Source of the DNA: Gemmatimonadota bacterium
GTDB lineage: Bacteria > Gemmatimonadota > Gemmatimonadetes > Gemmatimonadales > GWC2-71-9
Direction of reading: 5' to 3'
Assembly (NCBI GenBank): GCA_036679645.1
Contig: JAZDCY010000035.1
Coordinates: 32,001 to 96,000 of the forward strand
Length of the DNA stretch: 64,000 bases
A program made the translations under genes and the position numbers. Below are positions 49,683 through 59,473 of this stretch, one piece after another (the first letter of the stretch is position 1; every line of letters begins with the position of its first letter). Under the pieces are notes generated by a model that ran no database searches, had not been told where the DNA came from, and saw nothing but the letters and a program-made list of their open reading frames with translations.

Positions 49683-50404
49683 TGGGCCCGGCCTAGCTCG
49701 TAGTATGCCTCGATGAGATTCGGCCCCAGCGCAATTGTCTTCTGAAAAAAAGTCAGCGCGTCTTCGAACATCTCGCGCTCGAGGTAGACGAGCCCAAGAT
49801 AGTAGTGCGCGTAGAGGGTCGCCTTCTTGTCGTTGTCCAGCCGAATCGCCTTGGATAGGTGCTCGATCGCCTCACCGAAGATGCGCTTCTTGAGACAGAT
49901 GAACCCAACGTTGATGCGGGCCAGCGAGTTGGCCGGCTCCTTCATGAGCACTTTCTGGAAGGTGGCGAGCGCGTCGTCGAAGTCCTCGTGCTTCATCTGC
50001 GCCCACCCAAGCAACGACTCCGCCTGCGCATCTCCCGGCGAGTATTGCAACGCCTTGGTGAGCGCCTGAATGGCACCCTCGTAATCGCCCAGGGAAATCA
50101 GGTTCCACCCTTTCTCGATGAGCGTCGAAGCATCGATGTGACTGACGTGCATCGCCGGAATCTGGCCAGTGAACTGCGGTACCTGGTCGCTCGAGTCGCC
50201 CTGCTGCAGCTGTTTGTACCGGTCAACTAGCACGCGGATGTCTTCCTTCAAAGCCGTCAGATCGGTGATACCCTGATCGACAGCCTTGAACAACGCGATG
50301 ATCTCCCGCTTGACCCCCTCCCGCTGCTCACCAGACGACGCCTCGTCGAGGCGCTGCTGAATCGAGATGTAGCTCGCGCGAAGTGGGGTAACGATCTCAC
50401 TCAT
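49544..50404 (-). CDS. TPR protein with an N-terminal coiled coil
   Basis: About five canonical TPR repeats after a heptad-rich N-terminus. Confidence 0.85.
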   Translation of the reverse strand: MSEIVTPLRASYISIQQRLDEASSGEQREGVKREIIALFKAVDQGITDLTALKEDIRVLVDRYKQLQQGDSSDQVPQFTGQIPAMHVSHIDASTLIEKGWNLISLGDYEGAIQALTKALQYSPGDAQAESLLGWAQMKHEDFDDALATFQKVLMKEPANSLARINVGFICLKKRIFGEAIEHLSKAIRLDNDKKATLYAHYYLGLVYLEREMFEDALTFFQKTIALGPNLIEAYYELGRAHWYSGDREGANETWEKGFAANKFNPWGKRCKETLDLVAQGEEPPRS

Positions 50405-50879
50405 GACCCGCCTCCACCGTCAGGGCCGCGAGAGCGACCTGTTCGTCGGACGACAGGAGCCGTGACACCGCCAGAATCACAATCGTCCTCCCGGCGATCG
50501 TCACCATCCCATTGATGAACTGTGCCGCCAACCCTCGCACCAGATCGGGCGGCAACGTAATCTCCTCCGCCCGCACCTTGCGTACTTCGATGACCTGATC
50601 CACCACCACCCCAATCCGCGTGCTCTCCAGCTCCAGCACGATGACCCGCGTCTCATCACGCACCGTCGCCGGCGCCGTAAGCCGTTTCCGCAGGTCAACG
50701 AGTGGAATGGTGCTGTCGCCATACGAGAACACGCCCTCGAGAAACGCGGGCGCCTTCGGTAACGGCGTGGGTTCACGATAGCGGACGATCCGTTCCGCTT
50801 CGAAGACGCTCACCGCAAAACGCTGCGCGCCGACCCGGAACACGACCAACTGAACGTCGTCGCCCTGTTGTTCAGGCAT
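50397..50879 (-). CDS. cheW: CheW adaptor
   Basis: QLVVFRVG, PLPKAPAFLEG, IPLVDLRKRL, IGVVVDQV. Confidence 0.9.
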   Translation of the reverse strand: MPEQQGDDVQLVVFRVGAQRFAVSVFEAERIVRYREPTPLPKAPAFLEGVFSYGDSTIPLVDLRKRLTAPATVRDETRVIVLELESTRIGVVVDQVIEVRKVRAEEITLPPDLVRGLAAQFINGMVTIAGRTIVILAVSRLLSSDEQVALAALTVEAGHE

Positions 50880-51303
50880 CGGCCACCGCCTGTCGCTCGA
50901 GTTCGAGCTGATCAATCACCGCTGCGACATCCACCACGGGGATCATTGCCCCCTCATACCGCGTGACGCCGGCGGCCCATGGCATTTCCCACACCGCCGG
51001 AACGGGCTCGGGCGCGTCCGGCAGCAGGTCCGCCGCCTCGTCGACCTCGAGCGCCAACCGCCGCTCAGCTGCCGCAACGAGCACTGCCGTGTAAGACGTG
51101 GCACTCGGCGCCGGTCCGTGCGTGAGCACCGCCCCGAGATGCACGACGGGCACCAGATCCCCACTGATGCGCATCACACCGCGAACGGCGGCGCACGCCA
51201 CGGGCACTGCTAGGACCTGGCCGATCGGCACGATCTGCTCTACGTGCTCGACGGCGAGCGCGTAATGCCGCTCTCCGACCCGGACGAGCAGACAGCCACT
51301 CAC
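50872..51303 (-). CDS. cheW: CheW adaptor (divergent)
   Basis: [36 protein letters not shown]. Confidence 0.85.
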   Translation of the reverse strand: MSGCLLVRVGERHYALAVEHVEQIVPIGQVLAVPVACAAVRGVMRISGDLVPVVHLGAVLTHGPAPSATSYTAVLVAAAERRLALEVDEAADLLPDAPEPVPAVWEMPWAAGVTRYEGAMIPVVDVAAVIDQLELERQAVADA

Positions 51304-52373
51304 TCAGCACTCCGTAGCTCGAGCTCGGCGTGCACCTGCGGTCCGATTTCCCGCAGGGGAACAACGCGGCCCACACCGCCTCGCTGGACCGCCGCCTGTG
51401 GCATCCCGAAGATCACGGCGGTCTCCTCATCCTGCGCTAGGCCGATGCCTCCCGCGTCGTGAATCGCTCGCAGTCCCTCCGCTCCATCCCGTCCCATACC
51501 TGTCAGCACGACCCCGATCGCTCGCGGACCAAAGGCACGCGCAACGGAGCGAAACAACGGATCCGCCGCAGGACGCACACCCCACACGGCGGGCCCCTCA
51601 TCGAGACGCAGGAGTGGTTCTCCAGCGACCCTATCGACGAGCAAATGATAACCGCCCGGGGCGACGTACGCCGTGTCGGCCAGGAACGGAATGCCGTCGT
51701 CGGCCTCGACCACGCGAAACGCGCTACCCTGATCCAGGCGCTCGGCCAGACTCCGCGTGAACTTCGGCGGCATGTGCTGCACGATGACCGCGCCCGCGCC
51801 GAGCCCAGGTTGAAACGCCGGAACCACCTCGGCGAGCGCCCGTGGGCCACCCGTACTTGCCGCAATCGCGACCGCGAGCGTCGCCCGGCCCTGGATGGCA
51901 TACTCGGGACGCCGGGCCGGTGGTGCTGGCGCCGCGCGCGCTAGCATGGGTACGCGCGAAAGATTGGCCGCGACCGCCGCGTCCAGCGCCGCGATCAGCG
52001 GCGGACCGATCTGCTCGGCGGCAGCCCGTGTATGCACTTCAGGCTTCGCAACGATTTCCACCGCGCCCAGTTCGAGCGCCCGGATCGCGGCCGCGGTGCC
52101 CGGCCCTGCATAGGCACTCACCACGACGACCGGCCGCGGTGACTCGCTCATGATGTACCCGATCGCGCCGAGGCCATCGAGTTCAGGCATCTCGATATCC
52201 ATCGTCACGACATCGGGAGTATGTAGATGCACCTTCGCGACCGCGTCCATACCATCGCGCGCGGTCCCGACGACGCGGAAGCGCCCGGACGCATTGATGA
52301 CGTCGCACAACACGCGCCGCATGAGCGCGCTGTCGTCCGCAACGAGCACAGTGCGAGGGCGCTCAGAGTTCAC
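51300..52373 (-). CDS. cheB: Receiver-methylesterase CheB
   Basis: REC domain (DDSALMR, DIEMP, KP) and esterase motifs [18 protein letters not shown]. Confidence 0.96.
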   Translation of the reverse strand: MNSERPRTVLVADDSALMRRVLCDVINASGRFRVVGTARDGMDAVAKVHLHTPDVVTMDIEMPELDGLGAIGYIMSESPRPVVVVSAYAGPGTAAAIRALELGAVEIVAKPEVHTRAAAEQIGPPLIAALDAAVAANLSRVPMLARAAPAPPARRPEYAIQGRATLAVAIAASTGGPRALAEVVPAFQPGLGAGAVIVQHMPPKFTRSLAERLDQGSAFRVVEADDGIPFLADTAYVAPGGYHLLVDRVAGEPLLRLDEGPAVWGVRPAADPLFRSVARAFGPRAIGVVLTGMGRDGAEGLRAIHDAGGIGLAQDEETAVIFGMPQAAVQRGGVGRVVPLREIGPQVHAELELRSAE

Positions 52374-52854
52374 GCGGCGTATTCCCCACCGACCAAACGA
52401 CGAGCGTCCCCGCCCCAACATCGAAGCGCAGTGACCGGCCGCGCTCGCCGCCCAACGCCTCCCCGATGACCGGTACATCCGCTTCATCGAGGGCACGGCG
52501 ACAGGCGACGGCGTTTCGCTCACCAATATGCTCCACGCCGGGCGCCATCAGCGCTGCGAACATGCGCGCGCCACCGACCAATCGCGCTGTGAGACGCTCG
52601 TACACACCGCCTTCGCGCTCCATCTCGCCGATCAGATGCGGTACGGCGGTCTCGGCGAACCGCGCCGGATTAGACCGATCGCGGGCAAACTCGGTGGATG
52701 GCAGCACAACATGCACCACGCCGCCAACACGCGCGTCGGGATCGTGCAGCACCACCGCAACGCAGCTCCCCAACCCGTGGACGGCAATCGTCCGATCCGC
52801 ACCGACAACCGCTACCCGCCCGAGGCCGACCGGCACTTCACCCCGGTGCTTCAC
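52363..52854 (-). CDS. cheD: Chemoreceptor glutamine deamidase CheD
   Basis: [30 protein letters not shown]. Confidence 0.93.
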   Translation of the reverse strand: MKHRGEVPVGLGRVAVVGADRTIAVHGLGSCVAVVLHDPDARVGGVVHVVLPSTEFARDRSNPARFAETAVPHLIGEMEREGGVYERLTARLVGGARMFAALMAPGVEHIGERNAVACRRALDEADVPVIGEALGGERGRSLRFDVGAGTLVVWSVGNTPREL

Positions 52855-53666
52855 GACGCCCGCCGGTAAATTCGCTCGCGCGCGTTGTCCAGCACGAGCC
52901 GGTCGCGCGCTTCGCCGAACAGCGTTTCGACCTTCCCGAGCACCAGAATCCCGCCGGGCGCGAGCGCTTCGGTAAACGCCAGGAACAACCGTTCCTGAGT
53001 CGTACGGTCGAAGTAGATCACTACGTTGCGACACAGGATCAGATCGTACGGCGGATGGGGCGGCGGTTCGCGCAGCAGGTCGTGCCGCCGGAACCGGACG
53101 AGCGTACGGACCCCGGCGGCAATCCGCCGGGGTGTGGAGTCGCTGAAATGCCGCTCCAACAGTGACGGCGGGAGCTCGTCGAAAGCGCTCTCGGGATACG
53201 ACCCTGTCTCGGCCCGTGCCAGACTCGCTCGGTCGAAGTCCGTCGCGTCAACGAATGCCGGAATGGAGGTCGACCAGCCGACCTCGCGCGCCTGCTCCAG
53301 CAGCACCATGGAGAGTGTGTATGGCTCCTCACCGGAGGCGCAACCCGCCGACCAGCAGCGGACGGCGCCCTGCCGGATGCGCCAGAGATGTGGGACGTGA
53401 TGCGCGCGGAGCGCGTCCCACGTATCGTGGTTTCGATAGAACTTGCTGACGTTGATCGTGAGCGTGTCGAGCAAGCGCTCGTATTCCGTGTCATCCTGCG
53501 CGAGCAAGCGCGCGTAGTCGTCATACGTATGAACGTTCCGAGCGCGCATCCGGACGGCAAGACGGCGCCGCAGGCAGCTCTCCTTGTACGCGTCGCATCC
53601 GAATCCGCGAGCCCGCGCGACCTGCTCCAGCAGCGCCGCAAGGGCGGGATCCCCTGCCTCGGTCAC
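52851..53666 (-). CDS. cheR: Chemotaxis methyltransferase CheR
   Basis: TINVSKFYR, WSAGCASGEEPY, DLILCRNVVIYF. Confidence 0.96.
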   Translation of the reverse strand: MTEAGDPALAALLEQVARARGFGCDAYKESCLRRRLAVRMRARNVHTYDDYARLLAQDDTEYERLLDTLTINVSKFYRNHDTWDALRAHHVPHLWRIRQGAVRCWSAGCASGEEPYTLSMVLLEQAREVGWSTSIPAFVDATDFDRASLARAETGSYPESAFDELPPSLLERHFSDSTPRRIAAGVRTLVRFRRHDLLREPPPHPPYDLILCRNVVIYFDRTTQERLFLAFTEALAPGGILVLGKVETLFGEARDRLVLDNARERIYRRAS

Positions 53667-55282
53667 GCCAGGGCGCTCAGCGTTTCGAGGTTGGTCCGCA
53701 CGAGTTCGTGGCCCGGGTTCAGGTCGAGCGCCTGTCTCCAGCACGCGCTGGCCTGCTCGCGGTCGCCGCGCTTGTACGCGATGTTGCCCAACTTGAAGTA
53801 GAGATCGTCACCGAGCTGCGGGTCGAGCTTGATGGCGCGCTGGTACGCGGTCGCCGCATCATCGTATCGGGCCGCGCGATACAGGATATCCCCCAAGTTC
53901 TTCGATAGCTGCGGCACGGACGGCTCATCGGCCAGGGCGCCACGCAGGAGATCCTCTGCTTCATCAACGGAACCGAGCAACTCGATGAGTGCGGCAAGAT
54001 TGTTGGCGAGGACGGCGCTCTTGGGATGACGCTCCAGGCCCTCGCGCAGCACCGATTCCGCCTCGTCGAACGCTTCCTGCCCGGCCGCTGCGAGGCCACG
54101 CGCCCAGTACCACAGGGGAGGGAGGGGCGCATCGCCCGCAACCTCTGCCGCCCGGTCGAGCCGACCCTCCGCCACCTGGTACTCCCCGCGCTGGAGCGCC
54201 GAGATGCCCCACCCCGTCATGATGCGGGCGTCGTAACGGGCGCGACCCGCCGCATCGCCGTAGGCCGAATCCGCGTGGTCGAGCTGGCCCAGCTGCTCGT
54301 ACGCCAGGGCGAGATTGTGCAGCACCGCGGGCCGGGCACCCAGGTGCTCGGCCGCATTGCGGAAAAAACCCGTGGCATCCCGCCACCGCGCCTGCCTCAA
54401 CGCTACGAGCCCGAGAAAGAAGTGCGCCTCACCATCTGCCGGTCGGAGCTCTACCACACGGCGAAACTCGCGCGCCGCCTCGTCGAGCATTCCCGTCCTG
54501 TAGAAGGCGATACCCAAGTTGCGGTGCTCCTGCACACGACCCTCATTGACCTCCGCCACCGCGGGCGCCTGACTGCGCCCCACCCGATGGGCGAACCCGG
54601 CGGAGATCAGGCCGTACAACGCCTTCCCAACGTCGAACTCGACGAGCCCTGAGTCCTCGATGACGCAGGCGACGTCCCGTTCGCCGTCGAACAACGGCAG
54701 GATCTGCCGCTGCTGGTCGGTCAGCTCCACGTCCGAGGCCTCGAGACGCCCGCCGTCCACGCTGAAGATCAGATCGAAGGACGGGACTTTCTTCTCGATG
54801 AGGCTCCACTCATCGACGCGGCGCGCTCCTTCGAGCAGAAGCGACTCCGGCTTGATGGAGACGACGAACTCCTCGCGTTCCGGCCGTACCTCGCTCTCGA
54901 AGTTGAACGTTCCCTGCGTCCAGGTGAAGAGATAGTAGACCGCCTCCTGGATCTGGACGCGCATGTTGCCCTCGAGATCGTCACGACTTAGGAGCCCGAG
55001 ATCCACGAGGATCTGGCCGAGTCGCTTGTCGCGCTCTTCCGACTGCTTCTCGATGGCCTCGCTCAGCTGATCCTGCGTGATCTTCCCTGCCTTGACGAGC
55101 ATGTCGCCCAACCGGTCGCGCCGGTTGACGATCGAGGCGTAGGAGATCTGTCCCCGGTCGAAGTAGATGTAGCCGAAGTTGGAGCGGTCGGCGATTGACA
55201 GGCACCCGGTCTTCTGCCCCAGCGCGAGCAACTGCAACACATCGGGGAGTGACGCCTCTTTGAGGCTGCCTTTGATCGCCAT
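53663..55282 (-). CDS. DUF4388-like + MshEN-like + TPR protein
   Basis: GSLKEASLPDVLQLLA..KTG, GTFNF, LLLEGARRVDEW, tandem RLG motifs, multiple C-terminal TPRs. Confidence 0.85.
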   Translation of the reverse strand: MAIKGSLKEASLPDVLQLLALGQKTGCLSIADRSNFGYIYFDRGQISYASIVNRRDRLGDMLVKAGKITQDQLSEAIEKQSEERDKRLGQILVDLGLLSRDDLEGNMRVQIQEAVYYLFTWTQGTFNFESEVRPEREEFVVSIKPESLLLEGARRVDEWSLIEKKVPSFDLIFSVDGGRLEASDVELTDQQRQILPLFDGERDVACVIEDSGLVEFDVGKALYGLISAGFAHRVGRSQAPAVAEVNEGRVQEHRNLGIAFYRTGMLDEAAREFRRVVELRPADGEAHFFLGLVALRQARWRDATGFFRNAAEHLGARPAVLHNLALAYEQLGQLDHADSAYGDAAGRARYDARIMTGWGISALQRGEYQVAEGRLDRAAEVAGDAPLPPLWYWARGLAAAGQEAFDEAESVLREGLERHPKSAVLANNLAALIELLGSVDEAEDLLRGALADEPSVPQLSKNLGDILYRAARYDDAATAYQRAIKLDPQLGDDLYFKLGNIAYKRGDREQASACWRQALDLNPGHELVRTNLETLSALA

Positions 55283-55283
55283 A

Positions 55284-57251
55284 CTAGACGAGTTCCTCGA
55301 TGATCCGGTCGTTCGTGTCGGGCCAGCGCCAGATCACCTTTTCCCGACTGCGCACACCGCCGGCTGGCGAGACGACGATCCCGCTAGTTCGCATGCGGAA
55401 CGACGAGCGCCGCGGCCGAGCACCGCCATCGAGCAGATCGCGCGCGAAGGGGACTGTCAGCACTGCATCGCGGGTCTCCGCGGCATCTACCACGCGCTGC
55501 ACCGTGCCGATCACCGTTCGCAGACTCTCGGCATTGCGGTCGGCAAGAAACGCGGCAAGATCCGGATCCGACGTGCCGGTGCGCGTCTCGAGCTCGCGGA
55601 CGACCAGGGAATACCGCAGGTCTCGATCTGGTGGGTCGATCTCGGCCACGAGCCCGCCCTCCATACGTGAGATGAGGCGTTCGTGGACGCCGTCCAACTC
55701 GCGCGGCGCCACGTTGACCGTGAAGACGACCTGTCGTTCCTGATCGACGAGCGCATTGAACAGGTGGAACAACTCCTCTTGGGACCGCTCCTTCCCCGCG
55801 AGGAGATGGACATCATCGAGCAGGAGGGCCGTCGCGCGGCGATACCGGGACCGCCACGCATCGACACGGTCCATCTCGATCGCCTGGACCAACTCGTCTA
55901 TGAAATCCTGCGCGGAGAGACAGGCGACCAGTGCGTCGGGCGCTGCCGATAGGGCGTGGCCCACCGCATGGAGCAGGTGCGTCTTGCCAACGCCAGTGGG
56001 GCCGGCCAGCACCAGTGGGTTGTACGTCGTCGCCGGGTGCTCCGCCACGGCACGCGCGGAGGTCAGCGCCAGCTGGTTGGACTCGGCGTCCACGAAATCG
56101 TCGAAGGCCCATGCTGCAGAAGGCCCCGGCGGTGGTGCAAGACCGTCCCGGGCCCGGCTCACGAGCTCCTCCGCGGCCGGCACTTGATCGGGATCGTGAA
56201 ACACGGCGTCACCGGCGCGCGCGGCATCGAGCGTCGTCATCTCACGCTCCAACGCCTGCAGCCGCTCAACATCCGCCCCATATTCCCGCAACACTGCGTC
56301 CGCGCCCACGGGCGTATCCTGCTCGAGCAACGTGACAATCCGCGCGGTCCGGTAGCCCTGACCTTCCCAGAACACGACGGCTTCGTGCAGTCGCTGCCGC
56401 CACGCGTCCATCTGCTTGGCGAGCGCACTTCCAACCGACGAGAGGAATTGATCGAACTCGTTACCGGCGACCACGCCCTCGCTTGCAGCCGCCGCCAGCT
56501 CGGCTGCTGCGTCATCTACCTCCCCAACCGACTCGCCGATCCCCAGCAGCGTACGCACACCGTCCGCCGTAATGGCGCCTTCGTTGACGGCCTGAAACGC
56601 GATGAGGCGGTTGAGCAATCCAATCAGCTCCCGTACGTTCCGCGCGTCGACCTCGGCGATCGCCTCGAGCACCGCCCGCTCGAAATCCACGCCACGCTCG
56701 TCAGCCTTCCTGCGCAAGATGGCGAGGCGCGTCTCGAACTCCGGCGTACCGATATCCACGACCAACCCGCCCGCAAACCGCGAGATGAGCCGCTCGTCCA
56801 GATTCTCGATCTCGTTTGGGGGACGGTCGCTCGAGAGGACGATCTGTTTGCCACCCTCGAGAAACGCCGTGATGAAACGCAACAGCTCCGACTGGGTCTC
56901 CAGCCGGCTTGCGAGGAAGTGGACATCATCGATGAGCACCACGTCGACACCCGTGAAACGATTGCGGAACGCCTCGCTCTGTCCGGCCGCGACGGCTGCA
57001 TGAAACGACTCGACGAATTCCTCGAGCGTGAGGTACTCAACCGACAGCGCCGGACTCACTTCCTTGGCGAGACGCCCGATAGCCATCATCAAATGCGTCT
57101 TCCCCAGACCCGACGCCGAGTAGATGAACAGGGGGTTGTACGCAGTACCCGGACTCTCGGCAACCGTCCGCGCCGCAGCGACGGCGAGCCGGTTGCTGGG
57201 GCCGACCACGAACGCGTCGAAGGAATACCGCGGGTTGAGATCGACGGTCAC
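55284..57251 (-). CDS. Tandem DnaA-type AAA+ protein without a DNA-binding domain
   Basis: Two copies of the DnaA domain III motif set: F..FV...N, YNPL, GxGKTHL, DDVH, RLISR. Confidence 0.88.
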   Translation of the reverse strand: MTVDLNPRYSFDAFVVGPSNRLAVAAARTVAESPGTAYNPLFIYSASGLGKTHLMMAIGRLAKEVSPALSVEYLTLEEFVESFHAAVAAGQSEAFRNRFTGVDVVLIDDVHFLASRLETQSELLRFITAFLEGGKQIVLSSDRPPNEIENLDERLISRFAGGLVVDIGTPEFETRLAILRRKADERGVDFERAVLEAIAEVDARNVRELIGLLNRLIAFQAVNEGAITADGVRTLLGIGESVGEVDDAAAELAAAASEGVVAGNEFDQFLSSVGSALAKQMDAWRQRLHEAVVFWEGQGYRTARIVTLLEQDTPVGADAVLREYGADVERLQALEREMTTLDAARAGDAVFHDPDQVPAAEELVSRARDGLAPPPGPSAAWAFDDFVDAESNQLALTSARAVAEHPATTYNPLVLAGPTGVGKTHLLHAVGHALSAAPDALVACLSAQDFIDELVQAIEMDRVDAWRSRYRRATALLLDDVHLLAGKERSQEELFHLFNALVDQERQVVFTVNVAPRELDGVHERLISRMEGGLVAEIDPPDRDLRYSLVVRELETRTGTSDPDLAAFLADRNAESLRTVIGTVQRVVDAAETRDAVLTVPFARDLLDGGARPRRSSFRMRTSGIVVSPAGGVRSREKVIWRWPDTNDRIIEELV

Positions 57252-57847
57252 TGCGGCGGCTCCTCACTGAGCTTACGGAGGACGCTCTCCGAGATTGCCT
57301 TCAGAGTCTCGAACACGCCCGTTCCCGACACCGCCGCGGCGGGAACACTCGGCACGCTTCGGAAGTTGAGTTGGTCGTCCAGCTCATCGACGGTGAGTAT
57401 CAGGTCGCGCGGAAGATCCTGCTTGTTGTACTGCAGAACGAGCGGAACGGTCCGAACATCGATACCCTGTTCCAGCAGGTTGTGCTGGAGGTTTTGCAAG
57501 CTCGTGATGTTCTCGTCGAGCTGGCGGGCCTGACTGTCCCCGACGAAGACGACGCCGTCCGCACCCTGTAGCACGAGTTTGCGAGTCGCGTTGTAATACA
57601 CTTGTCCCGGTACCGTATAGAGCTGGAAACGCGTCGTGAAACCTGAGATCGTTCCTAACTCGATGGGCAGGAAATCGAAAAACAGTGTCCGATCCGTATG
57701 GGTCGCGAGCGACACCATGCGACCACGACGCTCCTCAGGTACGCGCTGATAGACGTACTGCAAGTTGGTCGTCTTGCCGGATCGCCCGGGACCGTAGTAG
57801 ACGATCTTGCACGTGATCTCGCGGGTCGTGAAATTGACGAGCGACAT
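57248..57847 (-). CDS. mglA: MglA-family small GTPase
   Basis: [41 protein letters not shown]. Confidence 0.96.
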   Translation of the reverse strand: MSLVNFTTREITCKIVYYGPGRSGKTTNLQYVYQRVPEERRGRMVSLATHTDRTLFFDFLPIELGTISGFTTRFQLYTVPGQVYYNATRKLVLQGADGVVFVGDSQARQLDENITSLQNLQHNLLEQGIDVRTVPLVLQYNKQDLPRDLILTVDELDDQLNFRSVPSVPAAAVSGTGVFETLKAISESVLRKLSEEPPQ

Positions 57848-57852
57848 GAGAT

Positions 57853-58320
57853 TTACCGAAAAAGGGTCGCGAGGCTCTCGTTGAGATCCCGCTCGAAGTC
57901 GGCAGCGAGTACGGCGCGGTGCTCTGGGGGCGGCGGCGCTGCCGCCCGCAGTTCCTCCACCAGTTCCTCGAAGAATAACTGCACCAGCCCAACGGACGAT
58001 TCCGCGCCGTAGACCACGAGCACTAGCATCTGGCCGCGCACGCTGTCGAATCCCGAGAGGAAGATGCCGTGTGACTCACCCTTCTGGTTCAGCGCGCTGA
58101 ACGGGGCCTGCTCCAGCATCCGCGCCAACTCACTGGTCGACGCTATGATCCCCGCCCCCAGTGCCGCCGCAGCCATGACATCCACGGCCCTCGCAAAGCC
58201 ATGCTGCGCGATCACCTGCCCCGACGGCGTCATCACGAGCGTAAGACGGGCCCCGGCCTCGACCACAAACCGTTCCAGCGGCTCGAGGACCCATGGCTCG
58301 ATCGCGCGGGTGGACTTCAT
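57853..58320 (-). CDS. mglB: MglB-like roadblock protein
   Basis: Roadblock pattern ([28 protein letters not shown]) immediately upstream of mglA. Confidence 0.8.
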   Translation of the reverse strand: MKSTRAIEPWVLEPLERFVVEAGARLTLVMTPSGQVIAQHGFARAVDVMAAAALGAGIIASTSELARMLEQAPFSALNQKGESHGIFLSGFDSVRGQMLVLVVYGAESSVGLVQLFFEELVEELRAAAPPPPEHRAVLAADFERDLNESLATLFR

Positions 58321-58667
58321 CCCATCTTCTCCACCGCCCGCAGCATTTCCAGCCGCGCGAGCCCGACATTCACATCCGCCCCGCCGACGCAGACGAGAAG
58401 TGTCACTTCGGGTCCGGGCACCGCCAGCAGCACACCATGATCGGCCTGAAGGTGGAGGAACTGCGGTGCGCCTATTCCGCTCGAGGCTGATGCCAGCGAA
58501 AGCCGATTCGCCAGCGACGCCGCCAACGCGGCCATCGCGTTGCCACGCACGCCTTCCATCAGCGCGTCCGCCACTACGAGACCGTCGTCCAGGGACACGA
58601 GCATCGCCCCCTGCAACCCCCGTACGCGGGTAACGCCATCGAGTGCTCGCCCGATCCGCGACGTCAT
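58317..58667 (-). CDS. Roadblock/LC7 protein
   Basis: GLQGAMLVSLDDGLVV...NVGLARLEM. Confidence 0.85.
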   Translation of the reverse strand: MTSRIGRALDGVTRVRGLQGAMLVSLDDGLVVADALMEGVRGNAMAALAASLANRLSLASASSGIGAPQFLHLQADHGVLLAVPGPEVTLLVCVGGADVNVGLARLEMLRAVEKMG

Positions 58668-59473
58668 CGCTCCTCCGCCTGCAACCAGGTGCGCGCCGCA
58701 GCGGCCGCACGCTGTGCGAGGAGAGCAACCCGCCCGGGCGGAACCGCCCGGTCTCGCTTGATCAACAGGAAGGTCCCCTGGCGTGGCTGGGATACGTGTA
58801 GATGGCCGTCCGGGGCCTCCACCGCGATGGCACGCCACACCCCCAATTCGAGCAGGCGCGCCGCCCGTTCCGCTTCCTGCGCCGCCCCGGCAAGATACGC
58901 GGCCACCTCGGCCGCCACATCCTCACCGGATGCGTTTCGCACCCCACCCCCCAACACGCGACCTTGCCCATCGACGAGCAGAATGCCTTCCTCGGCGCCG
59001 TCGAATCCGGCGAACACGTCGGCCCGGATCTCCCCTGATGCCCGAGCTGCCGTGATGTCTGCTTCTGACGGCTCGGCGGCCGCACGCACTGTGCGGAGCG
59101 CCTGCACGACTGATTCGTCGGTAGGATCGGTCGCGAGGGCCGTCTCTAGATGGTCCAGGGCGCTGTCCAACTCATCGAGACGGTAGAGCAGGAACCCCAT
59201 CCCCTTGTGAGCGCCGACGTGCCGCTCTTCCAACTGCAGCGCTCGCTCCCACTCCTCATGAGCCGCGTCGAAGTTCCCCGCATCCACGAACACCCGAGCG
59301 AGCAAGTCGTGAGCATCCGCGTGATCGGAATGCCGCTCGCACCCGGCCATGGCCACCTTCACCGCCGCGTCCAAGTTACCCAACACCCTCAGCGCCTCTC
59401 CCAACTGGAGGAAGACGAGGCTGTCGGGATCGCGCGCCATCTCGGCCGTCATCGCCTTGATGTCAGCGACCAT
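58664..59473 (-). CDS. TPR-roadblock fusion protein
   Basis: About three TPRs followed by a roadblock-like domain (ILLVDGQGRVL...PPGRV). Confidence 0.75.
   Translation of the reverse strand: MVADIKAMTAEMARDPDSLVFLQLGEALRVLGNLDAAVKVAMAGCERHSDHADAHDLLARVFVDAGNFDAAHEEWERALQLEERHVGAHKGMGFLLYRLDELDSALDHLETALATDPTDESVVQALRTVRAAAEPSEADITAARASGEIRADVFAGFDGAEEGILLVDGQGRVLGGGVRNASGEDVAAEVAAYLAGAAQEAERAARLLELGVWRAIAVEAPDGHLHVSQPRQGTFLLIKRDRAVPPGRVALLAQRAAAAARTWLQAEER

Noticed and set aside
55284..57251. Calling this gene dnaA and the region oriC
   Set aside because: There is no domain I or IV, no dnaN or gyrB context, and no intergenic space or DnaA-box cluster seen nearby.
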